Part shown: piece after piece, positions 13,666-26,985 of the stretch
Layout: each line of letters opens with the position of its first letter
Numbering within the stretch: the stretch's first letter is position 1
Source: the human T2T-CHM13v2.0 reference genome, Homo sapiens
Reading direction: 5' to 3' (one strand)
Assembly: GCF_009914755.1 (NCBI RefSeq)
Contig: NC_060929.1
Length of the DNA stretch: 64,000 nt
Program-made: the position numbers and the translations under genes
The notes under the pieces: generated by a model
Told to the model about the DNA's origin: nothing
Database searches by the model: none
Seen by the model: the letters and a program-made list of their open reading frames with translations, nothing else

Positions 13666-14880
13666 TCTAATTAAAAAGTCCTGTTACAGAGTTAGCTATA
13701 GCAAGAAATTTAGCGGCCTGATGAAGTCAAAGTTTGTAAAGTGGCATGGCAAATGTTAGAAATATGTTTTCATTCATCAAATTAGTGTCTTTAGATATGT
13801 GCACTGACTGGAATTATTAAAAACATGATCCTCCCCCTTTGCCAGATGAGGCATACAAGTATGGGGAGCTCTGCGGTCTGTACACTTCAGCATGGTGCCC
13901 AAGGCCTGATGCTGACAGTCTCCCATCGGTCTGCTGACTCAGAGTGCTGGTTTGCCTGGATTTGCCTACACCTTGCCTCTGAAATACTTTTGCATCTGCT
14001 TTGAGAGAACTTTTAATCCAGAATGTAGTCCAAGCACTAAAATATCAGAGAGGGAGCTAGAGAACATGCAGTACCAGTTGTGTGTTGTGATGGTTTCTCT
14101 GACTGCTTGATAATAAATGTTTGTAGTTGTAGCAGAATTCAGTTTGAGACTTGATGTCATACGTGATAGCAAGGCTGTAGAAAGGTGACCAAGAACACTC
14201 ACATCTCTCTTACAATAGGACATGTCTACCCCAAAGAACTTAATAATTACAAACAGCAAAATTAGCTTACGTTAATTCATAGCACATATCCATGGACATT
14301 TTCTCGAAATGCAAGTATTCTATTCTCCTTTGGGACTCCATCCTTGTCCTTTTTTGATGTTTGATTCGTATAAAATAGTAAAACTGAGCATTCAGATAAT
14401 TATCCCATGGTTAGAAAACTTACATCATTGAAGGTTTTTAATAAGAAAGTCGATTCAGCAAACTTTGAACTCTTCACCTGGGACTTTTCCCATGTCCCTC
14501 CCCATGCCTGGCAGTATTAAGATGGCTTCCAGGCTGACTCAGTGTCTCTGGAATTCCCTCCCTCTTGCATTCCAACAGAGCTTCCTTTGCTGGCATTTAG
14601 TACATGGTGCCAGGCATCTGCTGATTTGGCTTGTGTTTAATCTGAATTGTTGCTATTTGACTGAGTTTTGTATTTCATAGGGACTGTTAATCATAAGTCA
14701 CCAGCTGAGCAGCATGTGTGGTTGTTGGGACAGAGAGTTTAACTTATTGTTACTATTGGAAACATAATTTTTAAAAAGTTCTTCAAAAGTGCGTGTCATT
14801 TGGATTGTTCAGAAGCAACTGTTTTAGAAAAGAAAAGCTCTGTCTCATCCCCTTGTGTTGTTCTCCCTTCATGCATTTCA

Positions 14881-15249
<369 letters not shown>

Positions 15250-17899
15250 CTATGGATTCAGTGAAGGAGTTGTGGCCATGGCAGGCAGGGGTCACTAAAT
15301 AAATGAGACAGCAGAGCAGACTAATGGAGGAAATAGAGCTTGTCCATGTGGCTCTGTTTCTCTCTTCCTACCCTAATCTCTTTATACTCATTAATCCTAA
15401 TGAAAGCAGGCTGGAGGAGAGAGCTGGTGGAGAGGAAAATTGTGGAGAGCAGAATCTCTCTGGACAGAATAGTAAATACAAAACCAAAATGTGAAATTTG
15501 TTCTTGAAAGTGACAGTTGCTTGTTCATGCTCTGTGAAGTCTGAGTGTGTGTTTGTGCTGAGGTGTGCTATACTCCCCAAGAGTAAATATGCCTAGAGTC
15601 AGGGGTCTCGTTTCCTGATCAATACAAATAATGTATCAATCACCACCATGCTTGTGGAAGTGGGGAGGGTGTAGAGAAATATGGACACATGTAACACTGG
15701 TGACGGCAAAGGTCATTTTAAGAGTTGATGCTGTCAGATTAATTAACCTGTCATGTTTAGGTAGCTAATAGTATTTTAAGGGAGTTTTTCAAGTTGCACA
15801 TAATTCTCATATTTCACAGGACACACCTTTGGAACAATTACTTGATTTTGTATTTATAGCAGCTTCTCCCTGTCCGTCCCATAAAAAAATGCCAAAAAGA
15901 CTGACCATAAATTGGTCAAAACTTTATTCATGGGCGACAGTCCCATTATAAAATAGAAGGCAATATATATGTCTCTTCTTTTTTTCTCTTCTGATGATTT
16001 TGTTGGTGATTCAATATGTAAACCTTGATGAGTTATTCGCTTAGTCATTTAGCAAACATTTAATGAGAACCTGCAGCACAATAAACATGAATATAAATAA
16101 ATATGTGGGGAAAATAATAATGATCAGGAATTAAAGGGAGCTACTGTTGATGTTTCTTGACTGCCTTCTGTAGCCCAGCATTCATTTTAAAAAATATTTT
16201 TATAATTAAAAATATACATGTATATCAAAGTCAAATCTTCTTCAAGGCTTATAATATAAAACACCAAATTCTGTCTTCCACAGCCCTTCTCACCTCTCAT
16301 CACCTAGAGGAAGCCACTTTTAATCCTTTTAGCTGTTTCTTCTGGTATTTGCCTTTAGGGTTACATAACATGCTATTCTGCTATTTATTCATTTGTTGAT
16401 TTTAAATATCGCCTATAAACATCCTACAATGGAAGGCATTTGTTTAGCTTCCTTAAATACCTGCCCTCACCCTAACACACACTTCCACTTCTGTTTCCTA
16501 AGATCATGAACATTATAATTTTTATCAGATCACTGTTCAGCCTATACATTGCTATGTTTATATAAATATTATGCACAGTTAAGCCATGTAGACATTCTGT
16601 TGTGCAGGAAGGGAAGAGATCCAAGGTTTTCACTGCTCCTTACAAAGATTTTCAGTTGGCCCTCATCTTTTTATCACCATCAACACCCTACTTTCAAGGC
16701 ACCTCCTGCCTGAACTCCTGAGCCCTCTGAGATTCTGAAGTGCAAATAAGCCTTCTTCATGATTTCATTCACTGCAGAGACTCCATGTTTGCCAAATTGG
16801 TTACTTCAAGTCAGTCCATTGCTTTCCATATATGTATATATAATCTTGTTTTCTCTTTTATCTTTTCCTTTGCTTTCTTTGCCCTAGGGTTTAAAAAGTT
16901 TTAATTTATTTACTGAAATTTTAATGTGTTACTGGAGTAAAGCACATATGTTTCAATCTTCCACATTTAATCCAAGTCCCAAATACTCTTTTGAAATTCT
17001 AGCTAATAATACTATATACCGTTATGAATCTTTTTTTTATAGAGGAATAAATCAAGACTAGGAGAAGTTAACTTGCCCAAGGTTGTGCAAATAGTAAGTG
17101 ATGATTCCACTTGCTAATAAAAGTCTTGTTAGTTTCTTTCCAGCACACTGCCTTTTACTGTAAGGCACAGTTCCCGTTTTAAAGAGTTTATAGTTTTTGT
17201 GGGGAGGTAAAACTTGTGCACAGATGTAAGAATACAATACATTAAATGTCAAGAAAAAGAAAAATGGCCCAATGTGCAATGGGAATTCAGAGAAAAGAGA
17301 AATGTTTTCCTACCCATTTCTTTGTGTCTGAAATGCCACTTGGCATGAACTACACGTCTTTCAGTTCTGTAGGAACATTTCTTCATACCGAAATCTTATT
17401 TTAAGGGATAAAACCTCTATTCTTCAGCCAGTTGGAATTTGACAGTATTCCATGAAGTAACTGGAGAGGAGTGGGCAATAATATGAATTCTCAAATGACA
17501 ACAACCCTTAAGGTGATATTTTAGAAAAAAAGAGTAAGATTTTTCAATACATGTCTATGAGTATATTTGACTTTAAAGACATTCAAGAGAGAATTTTTGC
17601 CTGTATTTTTTTTCCACTGATAATACATAGTCCTTGATCTTGTTACATATGAAGTGTATGTCTGTATCTCTCTGTCAAATATTCAAATATGGTTTATGAT
17701 CATATCTACATCTGTCCAGACTTGAGGTTTTTTTTTTTTCATGGCTAGCTAGGACTACTATCACTCATGCCACTTACACTCTGTGAATCCAAAGCACTAT
17801 CTCCATTTGCATCCCAGAAGGCAGAATCACATCGTGGATTGGGGAACAGTCTCTATAGCCAATTGGACCGTGCTCCACTCCAGGGTCTCCCTTTACCTT

Positions 17900-18065
17900 C
17901 TTGCCATGTGATGTTGAGCTATTTCACTAAACCTCTCCCTTCATGTCTTATATTTCTTATCTGTAAAATGGGGATAATGGTGGAATCTAGGTCATAGTGT
18001 TTTATGAAGGTCAATAGATAAAATCAATGTGATGCACTTAGAATAGTGTCTGGTACACAGAAAAT
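17900..18065 (+). mobile_element. MIR relic
   Basis: TTTCTTATCTGTAAAATGGGGATAAT...GCACTTAGAATAGTGTCTGGTACA. Confidence 0.75.
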
Positions 18066-18194
18066 ACTATATGATCATCATTTCTTCTTCTAGGAACGTC
18101 AGGCAGAAGCAATCTCTAAGGGTCACTTATGCATCAGGTTCTATTTTGTTTGCTGTAGGAGAAGTTTTTTCAATCATATGTTCGTTATTTTATC

Positions 18195-18355
18195 TTGAAA
18201 CCATTTATTGAGTGCCTGCAGATACAATGGATTGCAAAATTAGACATGTCACTGCCTTCCTAGAATCCTGAGCATAGTGAAGAGACAGTCATGGCTCAAC
18301 TAATTATACAAATAAATGTAAGATTACAACCATGGTAAGTGCTAGGAAAGACAGG
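18195..18355 (-). mobile_element. L2 3' relic
   Basis: CATTTATTGAGTGCCT...ACTGCCTTCCTAGAA...TAGTGAAGAGACAG. Confidence 0.6.
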
Positions 18356-19214
18356 CTTCATGACTCCTTATTACATTTGAATACACAGAGTTTAGTGCCT
18401 AACAGAGCAAAATTGTGTGTTTCTTGAAGAATCCAAGTGCTTTAATGCCAAAGAAGGGAAGGGCTGCTCAGTGCAGAAACTGAGAACATCCTGAGAAACT
18501 AATTAAAACCTTCCTATTTGATGACACCCATAGGATGGGAATCGCTTCCTCTCTCGACTTTCCTTGACACAACTTGCTCAGGAGGAATGCAAAGGATGGG
18601 TGGGATCTTCCCCAGCATGAGAGTGAAAGGAAGCCACATACCAAAGAGATGACGGTGGCACAAGAAATGCTGCAGCTGCTAATTCCACCTCCACCCTGTG
18701 GGACAACTGCTTAGCAATATTTCAAAGGCAAAAACAACGTACAGGAAAAAAGAAAAAAAATGGATTTAACAACTTCCTTGACTGGAGGTCTGGATAAGAG
18801 TGGAGCACATTTTAAAGTGGACTTTATGGCAGAAATACATGTGGCTTTACAGACATCTGTGCCTGGGATTCACAGAGCCCAAGTGTACATTTGTACATGA
18901 AGCACAATCAGCTATTCAAGGCATTTGGCAAGAAACTGGAATATTGATGCCATTTCAATATAATACGTGTTCATCTCCTGTGCATCACTAATGCCAGTTT
19001 TACCAGAAAGCTGTAGCTGAGAATTCCATCCAGAATTCTTTCTGCCATTCTTCATTACCAGTGCTTGAAAGGGCAGTGTCCTCCTGCTGAACTTTTAAAT
19101 TGTTAATTTCAGAAAAATACATTCCCTTTCAGTTTTATGTAACACACGAAGAGAAAATGAGTTTAAGAGTGGAGACAGAGTGTCATATATCAATGGCTGG
19201 GAAACAAAATTTAA

Positions 19215-19447
19215 AGAGAATGAACTCAAGAGATCTACAGCATAAAGACTATAGTTAATAACAATGTTTTACATACTTAAAAATTAATAAGAGAATCAAT
19301 TTGAAGTGTGTTCACCACAAAAAAATGATAGGTATGTGAGGTAATGCATATGTTGATTAGCTTGATATAGCCATTCCACAATATATACGTATTTCAAAAC
19401 ATCATGTTGTACATATAAATATAGTTTTTATTTTGCAATTTAAAAAA
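19215..19447 (+). mobile_element. Old L1 (L1MA/MB) 3'UTR end
   Basis: GACTATAGTTAATAACAATG...TATGTGAGGTAATGCATATGTT...TTCAAAACATCATGTTGTACA. Confidence 0.85.
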
Positions 19448-19779
19448 TTGTTCTCATTTGACCTTTGTACTTCCCTGACTATATTTCTGTGTCTCTATAT
19501 CCCATTTATCTGCTTGTCTGTCTATCTTCACCTCATTCACTTTCTCTTCCTTCAAGCTTTCACATTGCATGTCATTGTTTGATGGCTCTGCAGTCAGGAT
19601 GGACAATTAAGAGACTGTTTCCCGAACATCCACTATGAGTTGGGTAGGAATGTCTTTGAACTCATGAAAATTGCCATCTGGAAGTGAAGACAAATATGAG
19701 ACATACTTAAAAGTGTGATGAGTGTCAAGAAAAGAAATACATAGGATACTCTGGAATCAAATAGCGATAGTAACAGTAA

Positions 19780-20025
19780 TAACAACTAAGGTTAATTCCA
19801 TGCTCACTATGTACCCAGGCACTCTTCTCAGTGATTTATATGTATTATTAATTTTAATGTACATATCACATCCATGAGGTAATGTACTATCACTTTCCAT
19901 TTTATAGATGTGAAAATTAAAGCCCAGAGGGATTAAATACTTAAGTATTTTTCCAAGGCTGCCCAGATAGAAAGCGGTGCACTGTGATTTGAACCATGTG
20001 GTTTGGCTACTGCGCCTCTGTGCAC
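19780..20025 (-). mobile_element. MIR relic
   Basis: CCATTTTATAGATGTGAAAATTAAAGCCCAGAGGGATTAA...GATTTGAACC. Confidence 0.8.
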
Positions 20026-20199
20026 TCTAAGTACACTCTCATACACAAGAGAATTTAGCTTGATCTGCCTGGAGAAAGTGTACTACAGTTTAAAATAATA
20101 TTAATACATTTTGGGGATTTATTTGAGTACTCCTTTAATAAATGTGAGCAAATATTTTTCTCTTTAAAAATTAAGGTAGATTGAAAATAAACATAAAAT

Positions 20200-20460
20200 G
20201 CCTCTAAATGTAAAGTAGTGGGATCCTGGGAAAAAATGGCTATGAAGGAAACGCTAGTGCAATTCACATAAAGTGAGGCATAATGCATCAATATCGGTTT
20301 CTCAGTTGTGACAAATATACAATTGTAAGATGTTAACAACAGGGGAAAATGGGTAAGGAATACACAGGGGTTCTCTGTATTATAATATCTTTGTAACTTT
20401 TCTGTAAATCTAAAACTCTTCTGAAATTAAAAATTTACTTAATCAAAAAAGAAACGAAAA
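20200..20460 (+). mobile_element. Old L1 (L1MC-like) 3' end
   Basis: GTAAGATGTTAACAACAGGGGAAAATGGG...CTTTTCTGTAAATCTAAAAC. Confidence 0.8.
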
Positions 20461-21225
20461 GAAAATATCTGCTAGACTGATCAACCCCCATTAAGCATGT
20501 ATTAGTTGCAAACTAAACAGTTCTCTAGAAAAGGCAACTCCTCTTTGGCACGTTCTCTCTGCTACTCAGGCAGGCAGCACGGCAGCATCTTCAGCATCTC
20601 ACAGGGCATCTGTGCCCATTTGTTTCTTGGCCTCTTACCTGGTCAGGCCACGCAGATCATACATTTTTGCAACACCATCCTCTTTAACCTGTATATCAAT
20701 GTACTCAGCATCATTTCCTTGCCCTTTTCCTGTTCAGTAGAAACTGGTAGCCCTTGTCCTGATTCCACCCAATAAAATAGTATCTTAACAACTTTGCTCC
20801 TTTGGATCTTTAAGTGGTGTATTCTTAATCCAGTACTGATACCTGGGCCATCAGATTTGGCCCTGTCCTGCAGGGTTTCGCTCATTCTGTGGAAGCTGCC
20901 AGTCTGAAGCCTGGGAGACCTAGACCATGAATGGTTCCTGTGGAAATCAAGCACCCACAGAGACTTCTCTGGCTCACACGGGCGGCGTTTTTGAGTATTT
21001 TAAAAAAGAATTTAAGAACTGACAGTCTCTCCAATACGGCAAATAACTTCCTATGGAAGAGGGAGAAGCCAGGTAGATGAGGAATCAAAACAACACACTT
21101 CAGTTCAGTAATTTGCAAAAGAGTGAGGCCAACTTTAGTTAGGGAGTAAGGTTTATCTCCACAAAGTTCCAATGACTCTGCCTTCTAATAGAGTCATTCT
21201 AATATTTCTCAAATGCATCCCCTCC

Positions 21226-21690
21226 TGTGTCAGTCAGGGTCCAACCAGGAAATGAAAAATCTCTTCAAATATTTTAAAAGAGAGAATTTATAGAGCAGAT
21301 TGTTGTACAGGTGATGGAAAAGGTGAGAAGCCAAATAGGAGACAATGAGACAACTCAATGTTAGTAACAGCAGGAAGCTACAATCAACTCCGGGCTGGAG
21401 AAACAAAGGGAGGAAATGGGGTTCCCAGAGCCCAGGGGTGGGATCCTTGGGCAGAAGCCAGAACTGTGGCATATGTGCAGGGAGGCAGCTAGAGGCAAGA
21501 AGAGAATACAATGGCTGCTGGAGGTGTCACCTGAGGCCTAGACAGAGGATGAAATGCGTTGATTTTTTTTCTTCTTTCTTCCCAATCTCCTTCCAGTAAA
21601 TACCGCTGGCCAAATCTAATAAAAAACTACCTGACATAGAAACCCAGTAAAGATAGTCCAGAGAAATCAGTCCCCCTTCCAGACAGCACA
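21226..21690. mobile_element. ERVL-class solo LTR (LTR33-like) next to L2
   Basis: TGTGTCAGTCAGGGTCCAACCAGGAAA...ACAGGTGATGGAAAAGG...GCAGGAAGCTAC resembles LTR33; end approximate. Confidence 0.6.
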
Positions 21691-21699
21691 GAAACATGG

Positions 21700-21970
21700 C
21701 AATGGCTTCATTTGAGGTCTCCACCATCTCTTTCTTGCACCACTACAGAATCTTTTTAACCTTTCTTTTTGATTCAACAATCTCAGTCTTCCTCCAACTC
21801 ATTCTCTATACTTCAGCTAGAGTGATTTTTGTTGAAACACAAATATATATGTCAAGTCCCTGCTTAAACCTTGATATGACCCCCTGCTAACTACAGGCTA
21901 AGTCCAAGTTTTTAGCATGGCGGAAAAGCTCTTGTCTCTGGTCCCTGCCTTCCTCTCTGGCTCATTTCCC
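21700..21970 (+). mobile_element. L2 relic
   Basis: CATTCTCTATACTTCAGCTAGAGTGATTTTT...CCCTGCTTAAACC...AAGTCCAAG. Confidence 0.7.
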
Positions 21971-22295
21971 ACAACTCACTGCATGATTCAGCTTGAGTGT
22001 TTGCAAGACTTCAGGGGACACAGAGTGGTGTTAGCTACTTAAGTGTTGTTCACTTTGTAGACTTCAGAAGGAGGCACCCAGGCATGAGGGTTGTCATGGA
22101 GGGCATGGCGGGGGCACCAAAGCTGTCACTCTAAAGAGGCTTCTGGATGCCACCATGAGCAGGTCTGGAGAGTGAAAGAGTACTCAGTGAGAGCACAAAG
22201 GACAAATGGGAGGAGAAACCGAAGAGCCTTGAAAGGACATCAACTCATGATGATGTGAGATTAAGGACACAATTAAGTGAGATTTGAATTATTCC

Positions 22296-22614
<319 letters not shown>

Positions 22615-23084
22615 TCAGGTTGGTTAACTTTGAGGAAACAAAGATTACATTTGGTTGAGAATAGAAGTCAATGTCCAAAGATGTTGCTAAGGCTATTGTT
22701 ACTAAAGTTAATCCTCCAGGAAACAGATCTCTAGCAGAATAAATGAATATGAAAGGCTCATTTCTGATAAGCACTAGAGGCTATTTATTTGTGATCCTGG
22801 GGCTTAATTAAAATGAGAGAAATTAACATACATGAGCCTCTTAGGGAATAATCAAGTCCTAGAAGATATGATGAGGACAAACAGAAGGTAGAAAGTGTGC
22901 ATTTGAGAAGTCAGAGAAAGTTTTGATGAAGTTTCCATAACTTCTAGATTTTTAAGAATATCTGTATGATACCATACATACATAGGAATTTCTTTGAATT
23001 TATCTGGAGTCTTACTGGAATGTAAACCTCCCTTATGATGAGGTTAAAAGATAACACTACTCTTCAACCTTAGAAGAAAACCAA

Positions 23085-23250
23085 AAATTTATTGGGCTAA
23101 CACAATGTGCCAAGCATTGAGCTGGGCAGATTCCATAATGTGTTTCATTTTGTTATATTTTTTATTTAACAGACAGGGGAAACAAGGCTCAAAGATGTTA
23201 AGTGACTTGCTGAAGCCTGCACAGAAAGCGAGGAGAGTTGGTATTTCATC
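23085..23250 (-). mobile_element. MIR relic
   Basis: ACAGACAGGGGAAACAAGGCTCAAAGATGTTAAGTGACTTGC. Confidence 0.7.
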
Positions 23251-23595
23251 CTAGTTGTCCTTCTACTCCATGCTGGCTTTTGTCTGTTAATAGGCAATCC
23301 TCATGATGGAGTACAAATAAGAATCACTTGGTATTGAATTCAGCTTTCTCATTGAGAATGTTAAAATAACATTTGAATATATTTCTAAATAGAATCATTT
23401 TAAAATCCTATATAAAAGATTTCTGAAAACTGTGGAATTCATTTTAAAGGTTTATTTTCCTACTGATTTATAAAACCATTCACCCTACATTTCTCAAACT
23501 CCAGGTTTACCCATGATATCTTTGATCTGCCCAGCCTTTGAATATATTTATTATCTTATTTTCCGTCTTTAGGAAGAGACACTGATTACTATAAC

Positions 23596-24007
23596 TGTGA
23601 TGTGTTGGCAGAAGTCCCCAGAAAGCAGTTCTCTGAGATGGGAATAAGCATGCAGAGTATTTTTAAAAAGGGTTCTTGAAAATCAATCCTGTGGAAGAGA
23701 GGGCAAGGAAGCAGAATTTGGAATAGAAAAAAGTTGAGCCATGCTGCAATATCCACAAGGGACTAGCCCACCTTGCTCGGAGCCCTGGAGCTGGGATGGC
23801 CCTTCTGAGTTGTTCTGAGTTGGATAAAGAGAGCTCCCCATGTTGATCAGTAACTGGAAGGAAATGTATCTTTAGCTGCGATATTTTTACTCTGGTGAGA
23901 GAATTCCAAAGCAGGACTAAGAAAGAGGACTATTTCCTGATAGCTGGGGGCATAAGCCCTTCATTCCTTAAGGGAGCTCTGAATGACATGTTACACCATT
24001 GATCACA
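23596..24007 (-). mobile_element. LTR16-like ERVL solo LTR
   Basis: CCCCAGAAAGCAGTTCTCTGAGATGGGAAT...GGAAGCAGAATTTGG...AAGCCCTTCATT; collinear with the LTRs at 31717 and 35553. Confidence 0.75.
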
Positions 24008-24939
24008 ATGATGAACATAATTCTTAATAAATCTCTGTACATAAAATAAATGTATCTATCTATTAAATATATAACACATGGTAAGATATATAAATATATC
24101 TGATATATAAACATTTACTTTATATAATTATAAAATTATGCTTATTTTATAACCAAATGATAAATGCAGTAACTACCTGTATCAGTATAAAAGCTGGACT
24201 TGTAAGAATAAATAAATTGGTCAATGTAGTGCCTACAAATTAAATATGCAGGGTGCCCATCTGTGGTTCAAGAGAGAGCAGAAACACAGAACTTCTTAAG
24301 GCTGTCTTGCTTTTGCCACCATATGTACTGTTGCTGTGCTGATAATAGAAATGCAAAGGTCTGTCTGCCGTGGGATTGTGTTTATTTTACTATGTACAGA
24401 GAAGGGTGCTAAGCTTACTGACTTTGTTTTTGTATGTTTTCTGGTTCTAAAGACTAATAATAGATGACAACTGAAAAAATATAAAATCAACATGTGGTAA
24501 AAACTGTTTTTAAAAAAGTAAACATTCATTTCCCCGAAATTGCATTGGCCTTCCTCTATTTACTTGGTCAACTTCTTCCCATTTGACCCATTTTCATCAA
24601 CTTAGCTGTATTTTAGAAGTTTGAGAAGCCAAATATGTAACCACAAATAATAAATGTAGAGAATCCCAAAATGTCAAGGTGAAAAGAAAGAAGAGGACTA
24701 ACGTATTCCTTCCTTTTGGGTTAACTGCGAGGCTGCTGAGACTCTGCCTGCTGTCTCCTTTGCTGTGCCCATCCTGCTTCTGACTCAGCCATCTAAATCA
24801 AGGGTACATAAGATCTCTGTGGCTCCTTGAGGTACAGTCCCTAATATCTAGTGCCCAAAGGGCGTGTGTAACATGATCACAATGATTGAAAGGATGAGTG
24901 ACTTAAATTTGTTCAGGTGATGCGGTAGTGCATGGAGTG

Positions 24940-25402
24940 TGTGAAAGGAAAATATCTCATGTCCCCCAAATCACTAAGGAGAACTCAAGCCGGGAACTGA
25001 TTAGGGCAAACCTGCCTCCCATTCTATTCAAAGTCACTCCTGTGCTCACTGAAATAGATTGATGCATATCTGATTTGTCTCCTTTTGAAATCCTAATCAG
25101 AAACTCAAAAGAATATAACCATTTGTGTATCACCTATTTGTGACCTGGAAGCTCCCTCCCACCTTGGAGTCTTCCTGCCTTTGCTTCAAGTGGTCCCGCC
25201 TTCCCAGACTGAACCAATGTACTTCTTACATATATAGGTTGATGTTTTATGTCTCCCTAAATGTATAAAACCAAGCTGTGCCCTGACCACCTTGGGCACA
25301 CGTCATCAGGACTTCCTGAGGCTGTGTCACAGGCGTGTCCTCAACCTTGGCAAAATAAACTTTCTAAATTAACTGAAAACTCTCAAATTTTCGGGTTTCA
25401 CA
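24940..25402 (+). mobile_element. MER4A1-like ERV1 solo LTR
   Basis: TGTGAAAGGAAAATA...GGGCAAACCTGCCTCCCATTCTATTCAAAGTCA...AAAATAAACTTTCT...TTTCACA. Confidence 0.88.
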
Positions 25403-25537
25403 GTGCATGCCTAGAATGAGCTGAGCTGTGCTTTGAATTAGGAAACACAGGTGCCCAAGGAAATCTGGAGAACATTGGCCCATCTAAAATGACAATTGTC
25501 ATCATTGTTACACTTTTCTTCTATTAGTTCTTTCTTG

Positions 25538-25934
25538 TGTTCTGTGATTTGAATGTTTGTTTTCTCCAAAACTCATGATGAAATTTAATTGCCATGTTGA
25601 TTGTATTGGGAGGTGAGACCTTTATGAGGTGTTTAGGTCTTTTGGGGTCCATGCTTATGAATGGAGTCATGCCCGTTTTTGCAGGAGTGGTTTGTTATTA
25701 TCACTCCATTATTATCACTGGAGTGGGTTTGCCCTATCTTCCTCTCTTTCTCTCCCTTTTTGCCCTTCCACTATGTGGTGCCTTCTGCCATGTTATGTCA
25801 TAGCTAGAAAGTCCTTGCCAGATGCCAGCACCTTGATATTGGACTTCTAGCCTCCAGAACTGTGAGCCAATAAATTTATGTTCATTATAAATTACCCAAT
25901 CTGTGGTATTCTATTATAGGAGCAAACAAAGACA
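25538..25934 (+). mobile_element. MST (C/D-like) MaLR solo LTR
   Basis: TTTGAATGTTTG...CAAAACTCATG...GCCTCCAGAACTGTGAGCCAATAAATT...AAGACA. Confidence 0.85.
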
Positions 25935-26409
25935 CTGTCCTTTCGGACAATGTTAGGTCTGCTTTGGCTACTATTTATACAAGAAAGTCTTAGTCATGCC
26001 CCAAAAGATGTGGATGGGCCAAATATATTTCTTTACTTTGTTTCTTAAAAGTTTATTTTATCCATTCATTCATTTATTAACTCATTCAATTGTTTTCACA
26101 TTCATTTAAAATTAATTAATTGTTTTGTTTTGTGGCCAGATAGTGCAGGTACTTGCTCTAAGGCTGACATATAGAACTGCATTGAATATTGCTTGAAAAT
26201 TTGAACCTGAATGTTTAGGATAGTAGAATTCCAGTTTGTATGATTATCACTGTAATGAAACAGCAGACAGCTAACTATCTTCCATTTATTTTTTTCTTAA
26301 TTTTCTCAAAATACTGCCACATACTTTACTTCAGAAGCTCTTGTTTTTCTTTTCATCCTTTTCAAAGCCATCCTTTGAGAGAGTACCTTAATTCATTTTC
26401 TCCCAGTAG

Positions 26410-26679
26410 TTTTTTGTTTGTTTGCTTTTGAGATGGAGTTTTGCTCTTACTGCCCAAGCTGGAGTGCAGTGCAATGGCACGACCTCAGCTGACTGCAGCC
26501 TCCACCTCCTGGGTTCAAGCGATTCTCCCGCCTCAGCCTCCTGAGTAGCTGTGATTACAGGCGCCTGCCACCACGCCTGGCTAATTTTTTGTATTTTTGG
26601 TAGAGATGGGGTTTCACCATGTTGGCCAGGCTGGTCTCCAAATCCTGACCTCAAATGGTCCGTCCTCCTCGGCCTCCCA
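26410..26679 (-). mobile_element. AluSp/Sq-like, lacking first ~35-40 nt
   Basis: GAGATGGAGTTTTGCTCTT diagnostic; stops at GGCCTCCCA. Confidence 0.9.
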
Positions 26680-26682
26680 GCC

Positions 26683-26831
26683 TTTTTTTTTTTTTTTTGA
26701 GCCGGAGTTGTTTCACTCTTATCACCCAGGTTGAAGCACGGTGGAGATCTCAGCTGACTGCAACCTCCGCCTCCTGGGTTCAAGTGATTCTCCTGCCTCA
26801 GCCTCCCAAGTGGCTGGGATTATAGGTGTGC
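26683..26831 (-). mobile_element. Alu right monomer only (Sq/Sp-like)
   Basis: Poly-T, TTTCACTCTT...CTCCTGCCTCAGCCTCCCAAGTGGCTGGGATTATAGGTGTG then ends. Confidence 0.9.
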
Positions 26832-26857
26832 TTTGTTTTGTTTACTTGTTTTGTGGC

Positions 26858-26985
26858 CATAGGCAAGTCAAACTCCATGAACCTCAATTTCTCCATTTGC
26901 AAAATGGGATAATAATACTTGCCTCCTACACACCTTGAGTGTTGTGAGAATTAAAAAGATAAAGTTTGCAGAGTGCTTTGTAAAA
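26858..26985 (+). mobile_element. MIR relic
   Basis: GAACCTCAATTTCTCCATTTGCAAAATGGGATAATAATAC...GTTGTGAGAATTAAA. Confidence 0.8.
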
